This document shows, in pieces, positions 16,419 to 26,116 of a stretch of DNA of 64,000 nucleotides (its first letter is position 1; the number at the start of each line of letters is the position of its first letter). This DNA is from a virus: the IMG/VR virus record IMGVR_UViG_3300045988_099276, positions 32,001 through 96,000 of that record. The stretch is one strand, 5' to 3'. Both the position numbers and the translations under genes were made by a program. The notes under the pieces were generated by a model. It had not been told where the DNA came from and did no database searches. It saw nothing but the letters and a program-made list of their open reading frames with translations.

Positions 16419-18279
16419 ATATACAGAAGATTCTATTCAAAAAATGGACCCATTGACTTTTACTCGCCATAGGCCAGATAGTTATTTAGGTTCAAATGAA
16501 GATTCTACGCAACTTTTACGTGAAATTATTTCAAATTCTTCTGATGAATTTTTAATTGGAAATTGTTCTGAAATTACAATTGAATATGATAAAGAAAAAA
16601 ATATTGCGAAAGTTTTTGACAATGGCCAAGGTATTTTCCCTAATGTAATAAAAGATGGTAAGTCTGTTCTTGAATTGGTGTATGGAGATATTAATTCAAG
16701 TGGTAAGTATGACAAGTCAGAAGATGCTGTATATAAGATTTCCACTGGCGCGTTTGGCATAGGAGCGGCCATTACTTGCTTTCTTTCTCATTGGCTTATT
16801 GCTACTACAAAGCGTGACGGTCAATTTGAAACAGTTTACTTTGAAGAAGGTAAATTTTCTAAACGCAAATCTGGTAAATGTGATAAGACAGAGCATGGTG
16901 TTTCTGTAGAATTCAATCCAAGCGAAGAATTTTTTAGAGATGCACATCCTAATATTTCTAAATTGAAAAAAGAATTATTCAATCTTTCGTGTGTTTGCAA
17001 GGGTCTAAAGATTATTTTCAATGGAGAAGAATTTTATCATCCAGAAGGTCTTGAAGAAATTGTTAAAGATTGTATTAATAATAGTGTTGAAATTGTAAAA
17101 ACACATTGCTGCTTTGAGCAAAAACAATCTGATACGCAAATTTTTGATTTTTGTATGTCTGCTACATCCAAAAGTAATTGTGAAATTATTCCATTTTGTA
17201 ACTATGCTTTGATTGAAAATGGCACTCCTGTTTCAGCAGTAAAATCAACTATTACTCGTTGCTTCAATAATTGGGCAAGAGAAAATGGAATTATCAAAAA
17301 GAAAGAAAAGAATCTTGATGGTTCTTCTATTCAAGAAGGACTAGTTATTGCTTTCAATTTAGTATCTCAAAATATTAGGTATGATAGTCAAACTAAAGTG
17401 AGAGCCACTTCAACAGAAGATAATCCATTTATCTCTTCTGTTCTTGGAGAACAATTAGAGGTATGGCTAGACAGCAATCCAGAAGATGCAAAGGCTATTC
17501 TTGAAAAAGCTATCCTTGCGCGAAAAGCAGCAGAAGCAGCTAAACGCGCGCGTGCGGCAGTTAAGAATAATAAAAAGCGTGGTAATAAGGTTAAGATTCT
17601 TAATCCAGACAAGCTCAAAGATGCCGAATTCCTAGGTCAAGATTCTACTCTTCTCGTTGTAGAAGGACTGTCAGCTGGAGCTTCGATGTGTGTTGCACGA
17701 GAAATTGACAAATATGGAATTTTAATGTTGCGCGGCAAGCTCATCAATGCACTAGCAAATAAAGACGATAGACTATTAAAGAACGAAGAGATTCAATTAC
17801 TTTTTAAGGCATTAGGTATTAGACCATATGAAGACTATGAAGAGACAAGTTTAAGATACGGTAGGATTGGCATCTGTGTCGATAGCGACAGTGATGGTTT
17901 TCACATCGGATTGCTTATTGCATCAGCTCTAGAACACTTTTGTCCTAAGTTCATCCGAGAAAATAGACTATGTTGGTTACGTTCTCCTCTATATATCGTC
18001 AAGTATAAAGACAAGGAACAGTATTACTTTACAGAACAAGAAATGAATGCAGCTAGACCAAATCTTCCCGCAGGAGTAGAGGTACAGCGTTGTAAGGGAT
18101 TGGGTTCCCTCTCGGCAAGCCAAGCACGTAATTCTATGTTTGGTGAGAATCAGCATATGGACGTTCTTATCCCAACAGATAAAACAAAGAATAAACTTGT
18201 AACTCTTATGGGTTCAAATGCAGATGGCCGCAAAGATTTTATTTTCAATAAGATTGACTTTAGCGAGGTGAAAGAGTAA
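16396..18279 (+). CDS. type IIA DNA topoisomerase, ATPase/TOPRIM subunit (GyrB/ParE-like)
   Basis: YTEDSIQKMDPLTFTRHRPDSYLG; GHKL motifs DNGQGI and GAFGIGA; TOPRIM motifs LVVEGLSAG and DSDSDGFHI; C-terminal QRCKGLG. Confidence 0.9.
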   Translation: MEIRLSNKYTEDSIQKMDPLTFTRHRPDSYLGSNEDSTQLLREIISNSSDEFLIGNCSEITIEYDKEKNIAKVFDNGQGIFPNVIKDGKSVLELVYGDINSSGKYDKSEDAVYKISTGAFGIGAAITCFLSHWLIATTKRDGQFETVYFEEGKFSKRKSGKCDKTEHGVSVEFNPSEEFFRDAHPNISKLKKELFNLSCVCKGLKIIFNGEEFYHPEGLEEIVKDCINNSVEIVKTHCCFEQKQSDTQIFDFCMSATSKSNCEIIPFCNYALIENGTPVSAVKSTITRCFNNWARENGIIKKKEKNLDGSSIQEGLVIAFNLVSQNIRYDSQTKVRATSTEDNPFISSVLGEQLEVWLDSNPEDAKAILEKAILARKAAEAAKRARAAVKNNKKRGNKVKILNPDKLKDAEFLGQDSTLLVVEGLSAGASMCVAREIDKYGILMLRGKLINALANKDDRLLKNEEIQLLFKALGIRPYEDYEETSLRYGRIGICVDSDSDGFHIGLLIASALEHFCPKFIRENRLCWLRSPLYIVKYKDKEQYYFTEQEMNAARPNLPAGVEVQRCKGLGSLSASQARNSMFGENQHMDVLIPTDKTKNKLVTLMGSNADGRKDFIFNKIDFSEVKE

Positions 18280-20373
18280 TTGGATTTTGAAGTAAGTTTA
18301 GACGATGTTATTGATAACAGTTTTGGACAATACGCTGGAGCAGTTATTCAATCACGTGCGCTAGTAGACGTTCGAGACTGCGTAAAGCCATCTACTAGAC
18401 AAGTCCTTTACTGTATGTTCACAGACAAATTCACTCACGACAAGCCGTTTAAAAAGACGCTGAAAGCGATAGGCAGTTGCATGAGGCTATACATTCATGG
18501 AGACGCATCTTGCGAAGGTATTGTAATGCGTAGTGGACAGCCTTTCTCCATGAGGTATCCACTAATAGAAGTGGAAGGCTCATACGGGACTTTAACAGAG
18601 ACAGGCAACTGGGCCGCACCACGATACACAGCATCGCGTCTATCTCAGCTGTCTGATTATCTTCTTAAAGAAACAGATAAATATACTGTAGATGAATGGG
18701 TAGATAACTATGACGATACTGAAAAGTATCCTAGAATTCTTTCTTCTCTTGGATTCTATAATATCGTCAATGGTACAAGTGGCATTGCGTCTGGTCTGGC
18801 CAGCTCCGTTCCACAGTTTAATCTTAAAGAAGTAAATGCGGCAATGGTATATATGCTAGAGCATAAAGATGCAACGTTTGATGATATTTTATGTTATCCT
18901 GATTTTGCTACTGGCGGCACAATCCTTAACAAAGATGAAGTGCGTGAAAGTCTTAAAACTGGTAAAGGTAAAGGTTGCATCATTCGCGCAAAACTAGAAT
19001 ATGATAAAAAAGATAATTGTATTATCGTTCGTGAACTTCCTTATAGTGTTTACACTAATACTATTTGTAATGAAATTGAAAAGATTACAAATGATGAAGA
19101 AACTAATCCCGGCATTGTTAATATCAATGACCTTACAGGCGAAAACGTCTGCATTAAGATTTATCTTTCTAAATCTGCCAATCCAAAAGAAGTAGCAACT
19201 TATCTGTTTGAAAACACTTCTCTACAGAAGACTTATGGTATCAACATGACTATGCTTGAGAATGGTCGCTATCCTAAAGTCTTTGGTTGGCAAGAAGCAT
19301 TGACCGCACACTTAAAACATGAGAAGCAAGTGTATATCAATATGTATAAGCATCAACTTGATGTTCTCAATTACAAATTGAAAATTACAAATGGTATTAT
19401 TGCGGCAATTAATAAGATTGATGAAACAGTTGAGACAATTAAAAATTCTTCTTCGACCAAAGAAGCTAATGAAAAGCTACAATCTTTCTTAGGTATTGAT
19501 GAAGACCAAGCCAAGGCAATTCTAGAGATTAAACTTGTTCGTCTTGCAAAACTAGAAGTAAACAAACTGCTTAAAGATAAAGAAAATCTTGAGTCTGAGA
19601 TTGAACGAATTAGTTCTATTCTAAATTCAAATAAACTTCTAAAGCAAGAAATGATTAAACGTTTTAATGAAGTATCTGAAAAGTTTGGAGATGAACGCCG
19701 AACTAAGGTAGTACAAAAAGAAATTACAAAGACGAAAAAGGCAAAGTCTTCTGCGCCAAAAGAAAATAGGAACTTTGTCATTGCTTTTAATCCTCTTGGT
19801 TATCTACAGAAAGTATCACCTTCTAAGTACAAGAGTGACGGTAGCCTTGCATTTACTGTATCTGAGGATAAGAAAGTAGCTCTATTCTCGAACAAGGGAC
19901 GATTCTTTAGGATTGCTCTTTCAGATATTAAAGAATGCGGCCCAAAGGGCAAGGGAACAGCTATCGGTGCAATCATCAATCTTGATAATGATGAAAAGAT
20001 TATCACAATTCACAACGATGTATTTGTAGATAAGCCTTATATGTTCTTTGTTACAGAGGACGGTAAGGTTAAGAAATGCGAAGGCAAACAATTCGCTGGC
20101 GGCACACGTAACGTCAAAGGTTCTGTGGCATTTAAGACTGACAGCAAAATCATTAGCATCCAAGAGACAAATGGATGTGTTGTAACATTAACGTCAACCA
20201 AGAGACAGATTAGTTTCATGGCTGATAGTGTGCGGGCAAGCAGTATTCGTTCTGGCGGTATGTGCGGCATTAAGCTAGACGATGATGATAAAATTGTATC
20301 TATGACAATCACTGAGCCGCAAAACTTCACAGGTAAAATTGCAAACAAGGGTGGACGAGGGACAATTCTTTAG
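18280..20373 (+). CDS. type IIA DNA topoisomerase, breakage-reunion subunit (GyrA/ParC-like)
   Basis: YAGAVIQSRALVDVRDCVKPSTRQVLY; GDASCEGIV; catalytic-Tyr context AAPRYTASRL. Confidence 0.9.
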   Translation: MDFEVSLDDVIDNSFGQYAGAVIQSRALVDVRDCVKPSTRQVLYCMFTDKFTHDKPFKKTLKAIGSCMRLYIHGDASCEGIVMRSGQPFSMRYPLIEVEGSYGTLTETGNWAAPRYTASRLSQLSDYLLKETDKYTVDEWVDNYDDTEKYPRILSSLGFYNIVNGTSGIASGLASSVPQFNLKEVNAAMVYMLEHKDATFDDILCYPDFATGGTILNKDEVRESLKTGKGKGCIIRAKLEYDKKDNCIIVRELPYSVYTNTICNEIEKITNDEETNPGIVNINDLTGENVCIKIYLSKSANPKEVATYLFENTSLQKTYGINMTMLENGRYPKVFGWQEALTAHLKHEKQVYINMYKHQLDVLNYKLKITNGIIAAINKIDETVETIKNSSSTKEANEKLQSFLGIDEDQAKAILEIKLVRLAKLEVNKLLKDKENLESEIERISSILNSNKLLKQEMIKRFNEVSEKFGDERRTKVVQKEITKTKKAKSSAPKENRNFVIAFNPLGYLQKVSPSKYKSDGSLAFTVSEDKKVALFSNKGRFFRIALSDIKECGPKGKGTAIGAIINLDNDEKIITIHNDVFVDKPYMFFVTEDGKVKKCEGKQFAGGTRNVKGSVAFKTDSKIISIQETNGCVVTLTSTKRQISFMADSVRASSIRSGGMCGIKLDDDDKIVSMTITEPQNFTGKIANKGGRGTIL

Positions 20374-20401
20374 TCTACCCTTTCCTTTCTATTGGAGGAA
20401 T

Positions 20402-21436
20402 ATGTCTCTAAATATTTACACCCCAATGTTGGTTGGTAAAGCCCCTAAGAATTATGAAGATATGTTTAAGAATACTCCTATTATCGGCACAGTCAAGAAG
20501 GACGGATATTGGAGCCAATTAGTCAAAGATGAAAATGAAGTTCATCTTTATAGCCGCACAATCTCTAAGAAGACTGGCTATTATAGCGATAATATTGAGA
20601 AAGTGCCGCATATTAAAGATTGGGCTATGAATGAGCTTCCTAATGGCACATGTATCATCGGTGAAGTTTATTATCCTAATGGTACCTCTAAGAATGTAAC
20701 ATCGGTTTTAGGTGCTTTACCAGAGAAAGCTATTGAACGTCAGAAAGGCGAGTACGGCAAAATTCATTTCTATATGCACGATATTCTTGCATATAATGGC
20801 GAAGATTATGTTATGAATAATATAACATATGATTATCGTTATAGTAATCTTTGCGGACATATTGATATTGCTACTCCTTTAATTCCAGAACTTGAAGTAG
20901 CTCGATGCTACGATAACGCTTATCTAGACCTAGATAAAGTCACAACTGATAAACTTGCCGCAGGCGAAGAAGGTATGGTATTTCGTGTTGAGAATGGTCT
21001 ATATGCACCGGGTAAGCGACAGCCAAAAGTAATGTTCAAAATCAAGCAGGCACAAAATGATATTGATTTTGTGATTACAGAAGTTCTGCCGCCAGAGTAT
21101 CTTTATACTGGTAAAGAATCTGAGACTTGGCAGTATAAAGACAAAGAAGGAAATCTAATTACAAAGGCCGCATATTATGGTTGGGCTGGTGCTTTGCGTC
21201 TTGGCGCATATGATAATGCGGGAAATCTTGTGTCTGTTGGTCGTGTGTCTTCTGGTCTTACAGATAATCTTAAAGCTGACCTTGCGGCAAATCCTGATAA
21301 GTATATTGGAACGGTCGTAGAGGTAAACTGCATGAGTCTTGATAAGGAAAATAAAACCATGAGACATTGTTACCTATCTAGACTCCGCGCCGACAAACCA
21401 GCGCAAGATTGCAAGCTAGAAGAAATTTTTAGCTAA
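20402..21436 (+). CDS. ATP-dependent DNA ligase
   Basis: GGAGG SD then ATG. Motif I KKDGYW (KxDG), then GEVY, EGMVFR and FKIK. Confidence 0.85.
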   Translation: MSLNIYTPMLVGKAPKNYEDMFKNTPIIGTVKKDGYWSQLVKDENEVHLYSRTISKKTGYYSDNIEKVPHIKDWAMNELPNGTCIIGEVYYPNGTSKNVTSVLGALPEKAIERQKGEYGKIHFYMHDILAYNGEDYVMNNITYDYRYSNLCGHIDIATPLIPELEVARCYDNAYLDLDKVTTDKLAAGEEGMVFRVENGLYAPGKRQPKVMFKIKQAQNDIDFVITEVLPPEYLYTGKESETWQYKDKEGNLITKAAYYGWAGALRLGAYDNAGNLVSVGRVSSGLTDNLKADLAANPDKYIGTVVEVNCMSLDKENKTMRHCYLSRLRADKPAQDCKLEEIFS

Positions 21437-21439
21437 TGC

Positions 21440-21468
21440 TTGACTTCTAGAATATTTTATGTTATTAT
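21440..21468 (+). promoter_or_regulatory. sigma-A-like promoter with extended -10
   Basis: TTGACT-17 nt-TGTTATTAT. Confidence 0.55.
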
Positions 21469-21505
21469 ATATGTGTGAAATATAAAATGAAAGTAAAGGA
21501 GTTAT

Positions 21506-21778
21506 ATGATTACAATTACTAAGCCAGTATTTTCAGACAATGCTAAAAAGGTTCTAAAGCATCTACAGGAGAATCAGGGCAAAGATGAAACCTTTAAAGA
21601 CATTGCAAAAGCTGTTCATCTAACTGATAAGGTTACCAATTGCATTATCACTTCTTCACTTGTTCGTAAGGGCTATGCGGTTCGTGAGCTACAGCCTGAT
21701 GGCGGCACTAACTTTATTCGTCTTACCGATGAAGGTATGAAAGTTGACCCTGAAATCACTGTAACATACACCAAGTAA
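21506..21778 (+). CDS. hypothetical small protein, possible winged-helix DNA binder
   Basis: 90 aa with AAGGAG SD; the helix-turn-helix-like segment FKDIAKAVHLTDKVTNCIITSSLVRKGY is weak evidence. Confidence 0.5.
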   Translation: MITITKPVFSDNAKKVLKHLQENQGKDETFKDIAKAVHLTDKVTNCIITSSLVRKGYAVRELQPDGGTNFIRLTDEGMKVDPEITVTYTK

Positions 21779-21779
21779 T

Positions 21780-22670
21780 ATGGTTCTAGAATTTATTATA
21801 GCAGTCGTCTGTGCAATTACATTTATCATATGCGGCTATAGTGTTGGTGTTATAGCTGGTAGAAAAGAAACATGTGATATAGTTAAAGAGAACAACAAAG
21901 AAGTTCTTATGGCGCGAGAGCATATTGAATATCAAATTCAAAATGAAAAAGCGCATTTAAAATCTCTCCAAGAGAATGTGGAACAGCAGAAGCAGAGCTT
22001 TGAAGATTTTAAAAAATCTGAAAAAGAGAATATTATGAATAATCTTCGTGATTTTCAAGCTCAAGTTGATAAAGATAAAGCTGAATATATTGAACAGATT
22101 CAGATTCTTCAAAGCTCGCTTGATAAGCTACAGCGCCAGAAGGCTGCGACAATTGAAGCGTTTCAGCGTGAACAGGCAGTTCAAGATTCTAAAGATGATT
22201 ATCGTATCATTATCGAAGATAGCGACAAAGCAGATATTGATATTCTTAATTCTTTTAAGAACCGCCTTTCCAATCCAGAGATTCTTTCAAAACTAATCTG
22301 GTCAACATATTTCCAAAAGAAAGCAAAGGCTTTATTTGTTAATATTGTTGGTACTGAAAAGGTATGCGGCATTTATAAGATTACAGATATAAATGATATG
22401 AAGTGTTATATAGGTCAGTCTGTAGATATTGCAAATCGCTTTACGCAACATTGTCGTTGCGGATGCGGCATAAAGACTCCTAAAGATAATAAGCTGTATG
22501 CGGCGATGCTTAAAGAAGGTTTAGACCAATTCACATTTGAGGTTGTAGAACTTTGTCCGCAAGAAGAATTAAATGAAAAAGAAAAATATTATATTGATGT
22601 ATATAATTCAGTTAATTATGGTTTCAATTCACAGGATGGTGTAAATGGGAAAAGTAACGATAATGCCTGA
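21780..22670 (+). CDS. membrane-anchored coiled-coil protein with a C-terminal GIY-YIG nuclease domain
   Basis: N-terminal TM helix FIIAVVCAITFIICGYSVGVIAG; about 130 aa of heptad-like Q/E/K-rich sequence; CGIYKITD...CYIGQS...RFTQH...KLY...E..YI..YN. Confidence 0.7.
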   Translation: MVLEFIIAVVCAITFIICGYSVGVIAGRKETCDIVKENNKEVLMAREHIEYQIQNEKAHLKSLQENVEQQKQSFEDFKKSEKENIMNNLRDFQAQVDKDKAEYIEQIQILQSSLDKLQRQKAATIEAFQREQAVQDSKDDYRIIIEDSDKADIDILNSFKNRLSNPEILSKLIWSTYFQKKAKALFVNIVGTEKVCGIYKITDINDMKCYIGQSVDIANRFTQHCRCGCGIKTPKDNKLYAAMLKEGLDQFTFEVVELCPQEELNEKEKYYIDVYNSVNYGFNSQDGVNGKSNDNA

Positions 22671-23319
22671 GACAATTAAGAATCCTTATACGTTCATTGG
22701 CGCATGTTCAGGTGTTGCTTATGATTCTGATGTGACAGATGATAAGAAGAATTATAGACGCGGTAAGCAATGTGTAGCAGACGGGCATGGACGTGTACTA
22801 GAATTTGTAGACGTATATATGGTTATTGAAGGATACTCGACCAGATGTATGCGTGAAATTATGCGTCACGTCGGAGACGGCTTAACAGTCGTGCAGAGGT
22901 CTACTAGGTATTGCAATGAAGATGGATTTGAATACTATACTCCACCTTCAATTGACAAAAACGAGACAGCTCTAAAGACTTATCAAGACGCTATGGCCGC
23001 AATTGAAAAGAGTTATAATGACCTTATTAGTGCTGGTATTCCTAAAGAAGATGCGGCAAACCTACTTCCTCTTGGAATTAACACGAAACTTTCGATGAAG
23101 AAGAATGCTCGTTGTCTCATGGATATGAGCCGCGTGCGCCTATGCAATCGTGCGCTTAAAGAAGCACGTGATTTTATGAATGACGTTGTAAATGCTCTAA
23201 AGGATTATTCACCAGAATGGAATGAGCTGGCTAACCAGATTTTTATGCCTAAGTGTGAAGCTCTTGGTTTTTGTAATGAAAAATTTAGTTGTGGAAAATA
23301 CCCTAAAAAAAGTTATTGA
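22645..23319 (+). CDS. thyX: flavin-dependent thymidylate synthase ThyX
   Basis: ThyX-like signature MRHVGDGLTVVQRSTRY (RHxxxx...QxSxRY); 224 aa. The start may be the ATG at 22660. Confidence 0.75.
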   Translation: MGKVTIMPETIKNPYTFIGACSGVAYDSDVTDDKKNYRRGKQCVADGHGRVLEFVDVYMVIEGYSTRCMREIMRHVGDGLTVVQRSTRYCNEDGFEYYTPPSIDKNETALKTYQDAMAAIEKSYNDLISAGIPKEDAANLLPLGINTKLSMKKNARCLMDMSRVRLCNRALKEARDFMNDVVNALKDYSPEWNELANQIFMPKCEALGFCNEKFSCGKYPKKSY

Positions 23320-23344
23320 CTAATATTTAAAAAGATGTTATAAT
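23316..23344 (+). promoter_or_regulatory. sigma-A-like promoter with extended -10
   Basis: TTGACT-17 nt-TGTTATAAT. Confidence 0.6.
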
Positions 23345-23383
23345 ATATGATGTATATTGAAAGAAAAATTAGAAAGGATTTAC

Positions 23384-24343
23384 ATGTTTAAAACAAATAA
23401 TTCGTGCCACGTCGAGGGATATGTATTTTCAACTGACCGCCTTGCTCAGCGTGTTTCTAAAAAGACAGGAACTCCATTTATTAATGGAACAGTAAACATT
23501 GCAACTGATGACAAGGGTCTTAACGTTGTCCCTGTGTTTTTCCGTTATGTTACTGAGACTTTCAAGAGTGGTAAGCCTAATCCTACATGGGAAATTCTAA
23601 CTGCCCTTATTGACCATGATGGTTCAGATACTTTTGAAGCTTTTGGTACTTCTGCTCTTAAAGTTCGTATTGATGGTTCTGTCGGCACAAATGATTTTGT
23701 ATCTCGTGATGGTGAAGTTGTTTCTCCTAAGCGTGTCGAGGGTCAGTTTATGCACGTTATGACCAACGAGATTTCTGAGAATCCTGCGACATTCGATGTC
23801 GATATGCTGATTGCAAATGCGGCTGAGCAGGAAGTAGAAGATGGCGATGATTTCGTCAAGCTACGTGGTTATGTTTTTGATTATCGTGGAGACGCTCTTC
23901 CCGTTGATGTTAACGTTCGTTCCAAGGGCGGCATGGATTACTTCATTGACCAAGACATTTCCAATAAGAATCCTCTTCTAACTCATATTAAGGGTTCTAT
24001 TGTATCTCAGGCTATCACCACTGAGAAAACTGAGGAATCTGCATTTGGTGACCCTGTAGTTCATAAGGTTGTTCGTCATGTTCGCTCTTGGGATGTTACT
24101 TGGGCTGCTGTTGAACCTTATGAGTGGGATGATGAATCTACCATTACCAAGAAGGAATTCAAGCAGAAGCTAGACGAGCGTGAAGAGCGTATGGCAGAAC
24201 TTAAGCGTAATCATGACGAGTATCAGGCTAGTCGTAACGGTGGTCAGAATTTTGCGGCTGTTAAAGAATCTCCAAAGCCTGCGCCTAAGACCGAAGTACA
24301 GACAGATACAGACGAAGATGACGACGAGGATTGGCCTTTCTAG
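23384..24343 (+). CDS. single-stranded DNA-binding protein (phage SSB-like)
   Basis: AGAAAGGA SD then ATG. Acidic C-terminal tail ...DTDEDDDEDWPF resembles the SSB DDDIPF tip. OB-fold is inferred, not demonstrated. Confidence 0.55.
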   Translation: MFKTNNSCHVEGYVFSTDRLAQRVSKKTGTPFINGTVNIATDDKGLNVVPVFFRYVTETFKSGKPNPTWEILTALIDHDGSDTFEAFGTSALKVRIDGSVGTNDFVSRDGEVVSPKRVEGQFMHVMTNEISENPATFDVDMLIANAAEQEVEDGDDFVKLRGYVFDYRGDALPVDVNVRSKGGMDYFIDQDISNKNPLLTHIKGSIVSQAITTEKTEESAFGDPVVHKVVRHVRSWDVTWAAVEPYEWDDESTITKKEFKQKLDEREERMAELKRNHDEYQASRNGGQNFAAVKESPKPAPKTEVQTDTDEDDDEDWPF

Positions 24344-24370
24344 TCCAGTAATAGACAATTAAATAGATAG

Positions 24371-24394
24371 GGGAGAGATTAAGTTCTCTCCCTT
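24371..24394 (+). terminator. possible terminator hairpin
   Basis: GGGAGAGA-TTAAGT-TCTCTCCC with a weak T tail. Confidence 0.45.
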
Positions 24395-24416
24395 ATAAGA
24401 TAGAAAAGGATTTAAA

Positions 24417-24671
24417 ATGGAATTTAACTTTACGACATGTGCGGCTCCTGCCGATAACACTTTCGGCAAGACTGTTTCAAAGTATGCTGAGCCAGTAAAG
24501 GCTTTCTATGAGTCTGGCGATGAACATCAGTGTATGACATGTGCTGATGCAGATGAAGCAAAGCGCATCTATAAGGGTCTTTATTCATATGTTCATGGAA
24601 ATAGCTGTGAGTATAAGGATAAAGTTAGTACTTGCCGCCGAGACAATGTTATTTATCTAAATCGTATTTAA
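24417..24671 (+). CDS. hypothetical protein
   Basis: 84-aa ORF with AAAGGA SD. Confidence 0.5.
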   Translation: MEFNFTTCAAPADNTFGKTVSKYAEPVKAFYESGDEHQCMTCADADEAKRIYKGLYSYVHGNSCEYKDKVSTCRRDNVIYLNRI

Positions 24672-24718
24672 TAGCAGATAGCAAAAGATTAAACCAAGAG
24701 AGAAAGAGAAAGTAATAT

Positions 24719-24802
24719 ATGGCAATTGATATTTTTAATGTAGAACCTCACAAAGTCAGCCGTTCACTAGAGGGCTACACAGTCATGTTTTACGGTGAGC
24801 CT
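24719..24802 (+). CDS. Sak4-like (AAA_24) recombination ATPase, exon 1
   Basis: MAIDIFNVEPHKVSRSLEGYTVMFYGEP ends in the first half of a Walker A motif. An in-frame stop follows 18 nt later. Confidence 0.75.
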
Positions 24803-26116
24803 AAGTTTTGGGCATTTAACTAAAATAGTTATCTAAATTGTAGTAAAAAACTGGAAGCCTAAACCTTAAATATAAGGCATGGTAATCAGAGCGGAAGTCA
24901 TTGTTTAAAAGCATTGACACGCGCAACGCATAGGAATATTAAACATTTATTTAGAAAGGTTGTCTGGATGGAGAACCGCGAAAATCTAATTATTGAATTA
25001 TATCAAAGTGGATGCAGTCAAGCTGAATGTGCAAGAAAAGAGCATACAAATGTTAGAACCGTAAAGAAAGTTTTAAACAAAAATAATATTCATATTAGGA
25101 CTTCATCAGAAGCATCACGATTAGCTTATAGTTCTGGAAAGAAACAAAAAGGCCCAACTCCATATACTCAAGAGCAGGAGCAGATTGTTTTAGACTGCTA
25201 TGTAAATCAAAAACGTGGATTAAATTATTGTAAATCACAAGCAAAAGTTTCTCTTGCTACTTTAAATCAAATTTTAAAAGATAACGGTATTAAAAAACGA
25301 ACTTATGCAGAAGCAGCAGTTGAAAGTAATCAAAATAGAGCTTTGCATAAGAATAAAGAATATTTTAATATTCAGTCTAGTAACATGGCGTGGATTATTG
25401 GATTCTTAGCAGCAGATGGAAATGTGTCTAAAAGAGGAAACGAAATTAGTATTGGATTATCTTCTGTTGATAGAGAAATTCTAGAACGAATAAAAGCAGA
25501 AATTGAAATTGAAAATCCAATTCGTGATTTTACTTCTAGGGCAGGATTTGATTATTCAGAGTTAGTATGGACTTGTAAAGAGCATAGAGAAGAGTTAAAA
25601 AAATATTCTATTGTGCCGCAAAAGACTTTTATCTTAGAACCGCCAATTAATCTTGATAAAAAATATTGGCTTGATTACGTTCGTGGATATTTTGATGGAG
25701 ACGGTAGCGTTAATTTTATTGAAGTTAATGGAAAGAAACATTATACTGCATTAAGATGGCAAGTATGTTCTGCTACGCCATGTGTATTAGAGTTCATTCT
25801 AAATGTATTAGAATCATATGGTATTAAAAAGGTTAGTATTCAAAAGCAAAAGAGAGAAACAAGCGATTTATACTGTATTCAGTATAGCACAAATGCCACT
25901 AAAGAGATTTATAAAATTTTATATTCAACAGATAGCACGCTTTATTTAGCAAGAAAAAAGAAACACTTTGAAGAAATTATTCAAAAAATTGACAATAAAT
26001 AAATGAAATAGATTCCCACGAGACTACACTTGCCGAGAGCGGTGAGAAAAGATATGCTGAACTTATAGGAAACTATAAGAAGTAGAGGATAAAAAGCCTT
26101 TACGATAACACATTTG
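24803..26116 (+). mobile_element. group I intron carrying a LAGLIDADG homing endonuclease ORF
   Basis: Joining 24802 to 26117 restores GEPKTGKT. The 5' exon ends in U, which can form a G.U pair in a 4-bp P1 (GCCU 24799-24802 with GGGC 24810-24813). The intron ends in G (26116). The ORF is flanked by about 165 nt and about 114 nt of non-coding sequence. Confidence 0.75.
24968..26002 (+). CDS. LAGLIDADG homing endonuclease (double-motif) with N-terminal HTH repeats
   Basis: IIGFLAADGNV and YVRGYFDGDGSV motifs. Two HTH-like repeats (SQAECARKEHTNVRTVKKVL and SQAKVSLATLNQILKDNGI). Confidence 0.85.
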   Translation: MENRENLIIELYQSGCSQAECARKEHTNVRTVKKVLNKNNIHIRTSSEASRLAYSSGKKQKGPTPYTQEQEQIVLDCYVNQKRGLNYCKSQAKVSLATLNQILKDNGIKKRTYAEAAVESNQNRALHKNKEYFNIQSSNMAWIIGFLAADGNVSKRGNEISIGLSSVDREILERIKAEIEIENPIRDFTSRAGFDYSELVWTCKEHREELKKYSIVPQKTFILEPPINLDKKYWLDYVRGYFDGDGSVNFIEVNGKKHYTALRWQVCSATPCVLEFILNVLESYGIKKVSIQKQKRETSDLYCIQYSTNATKEIYKILYSTDSTLYLARKKKHFEEIIQKIDNK

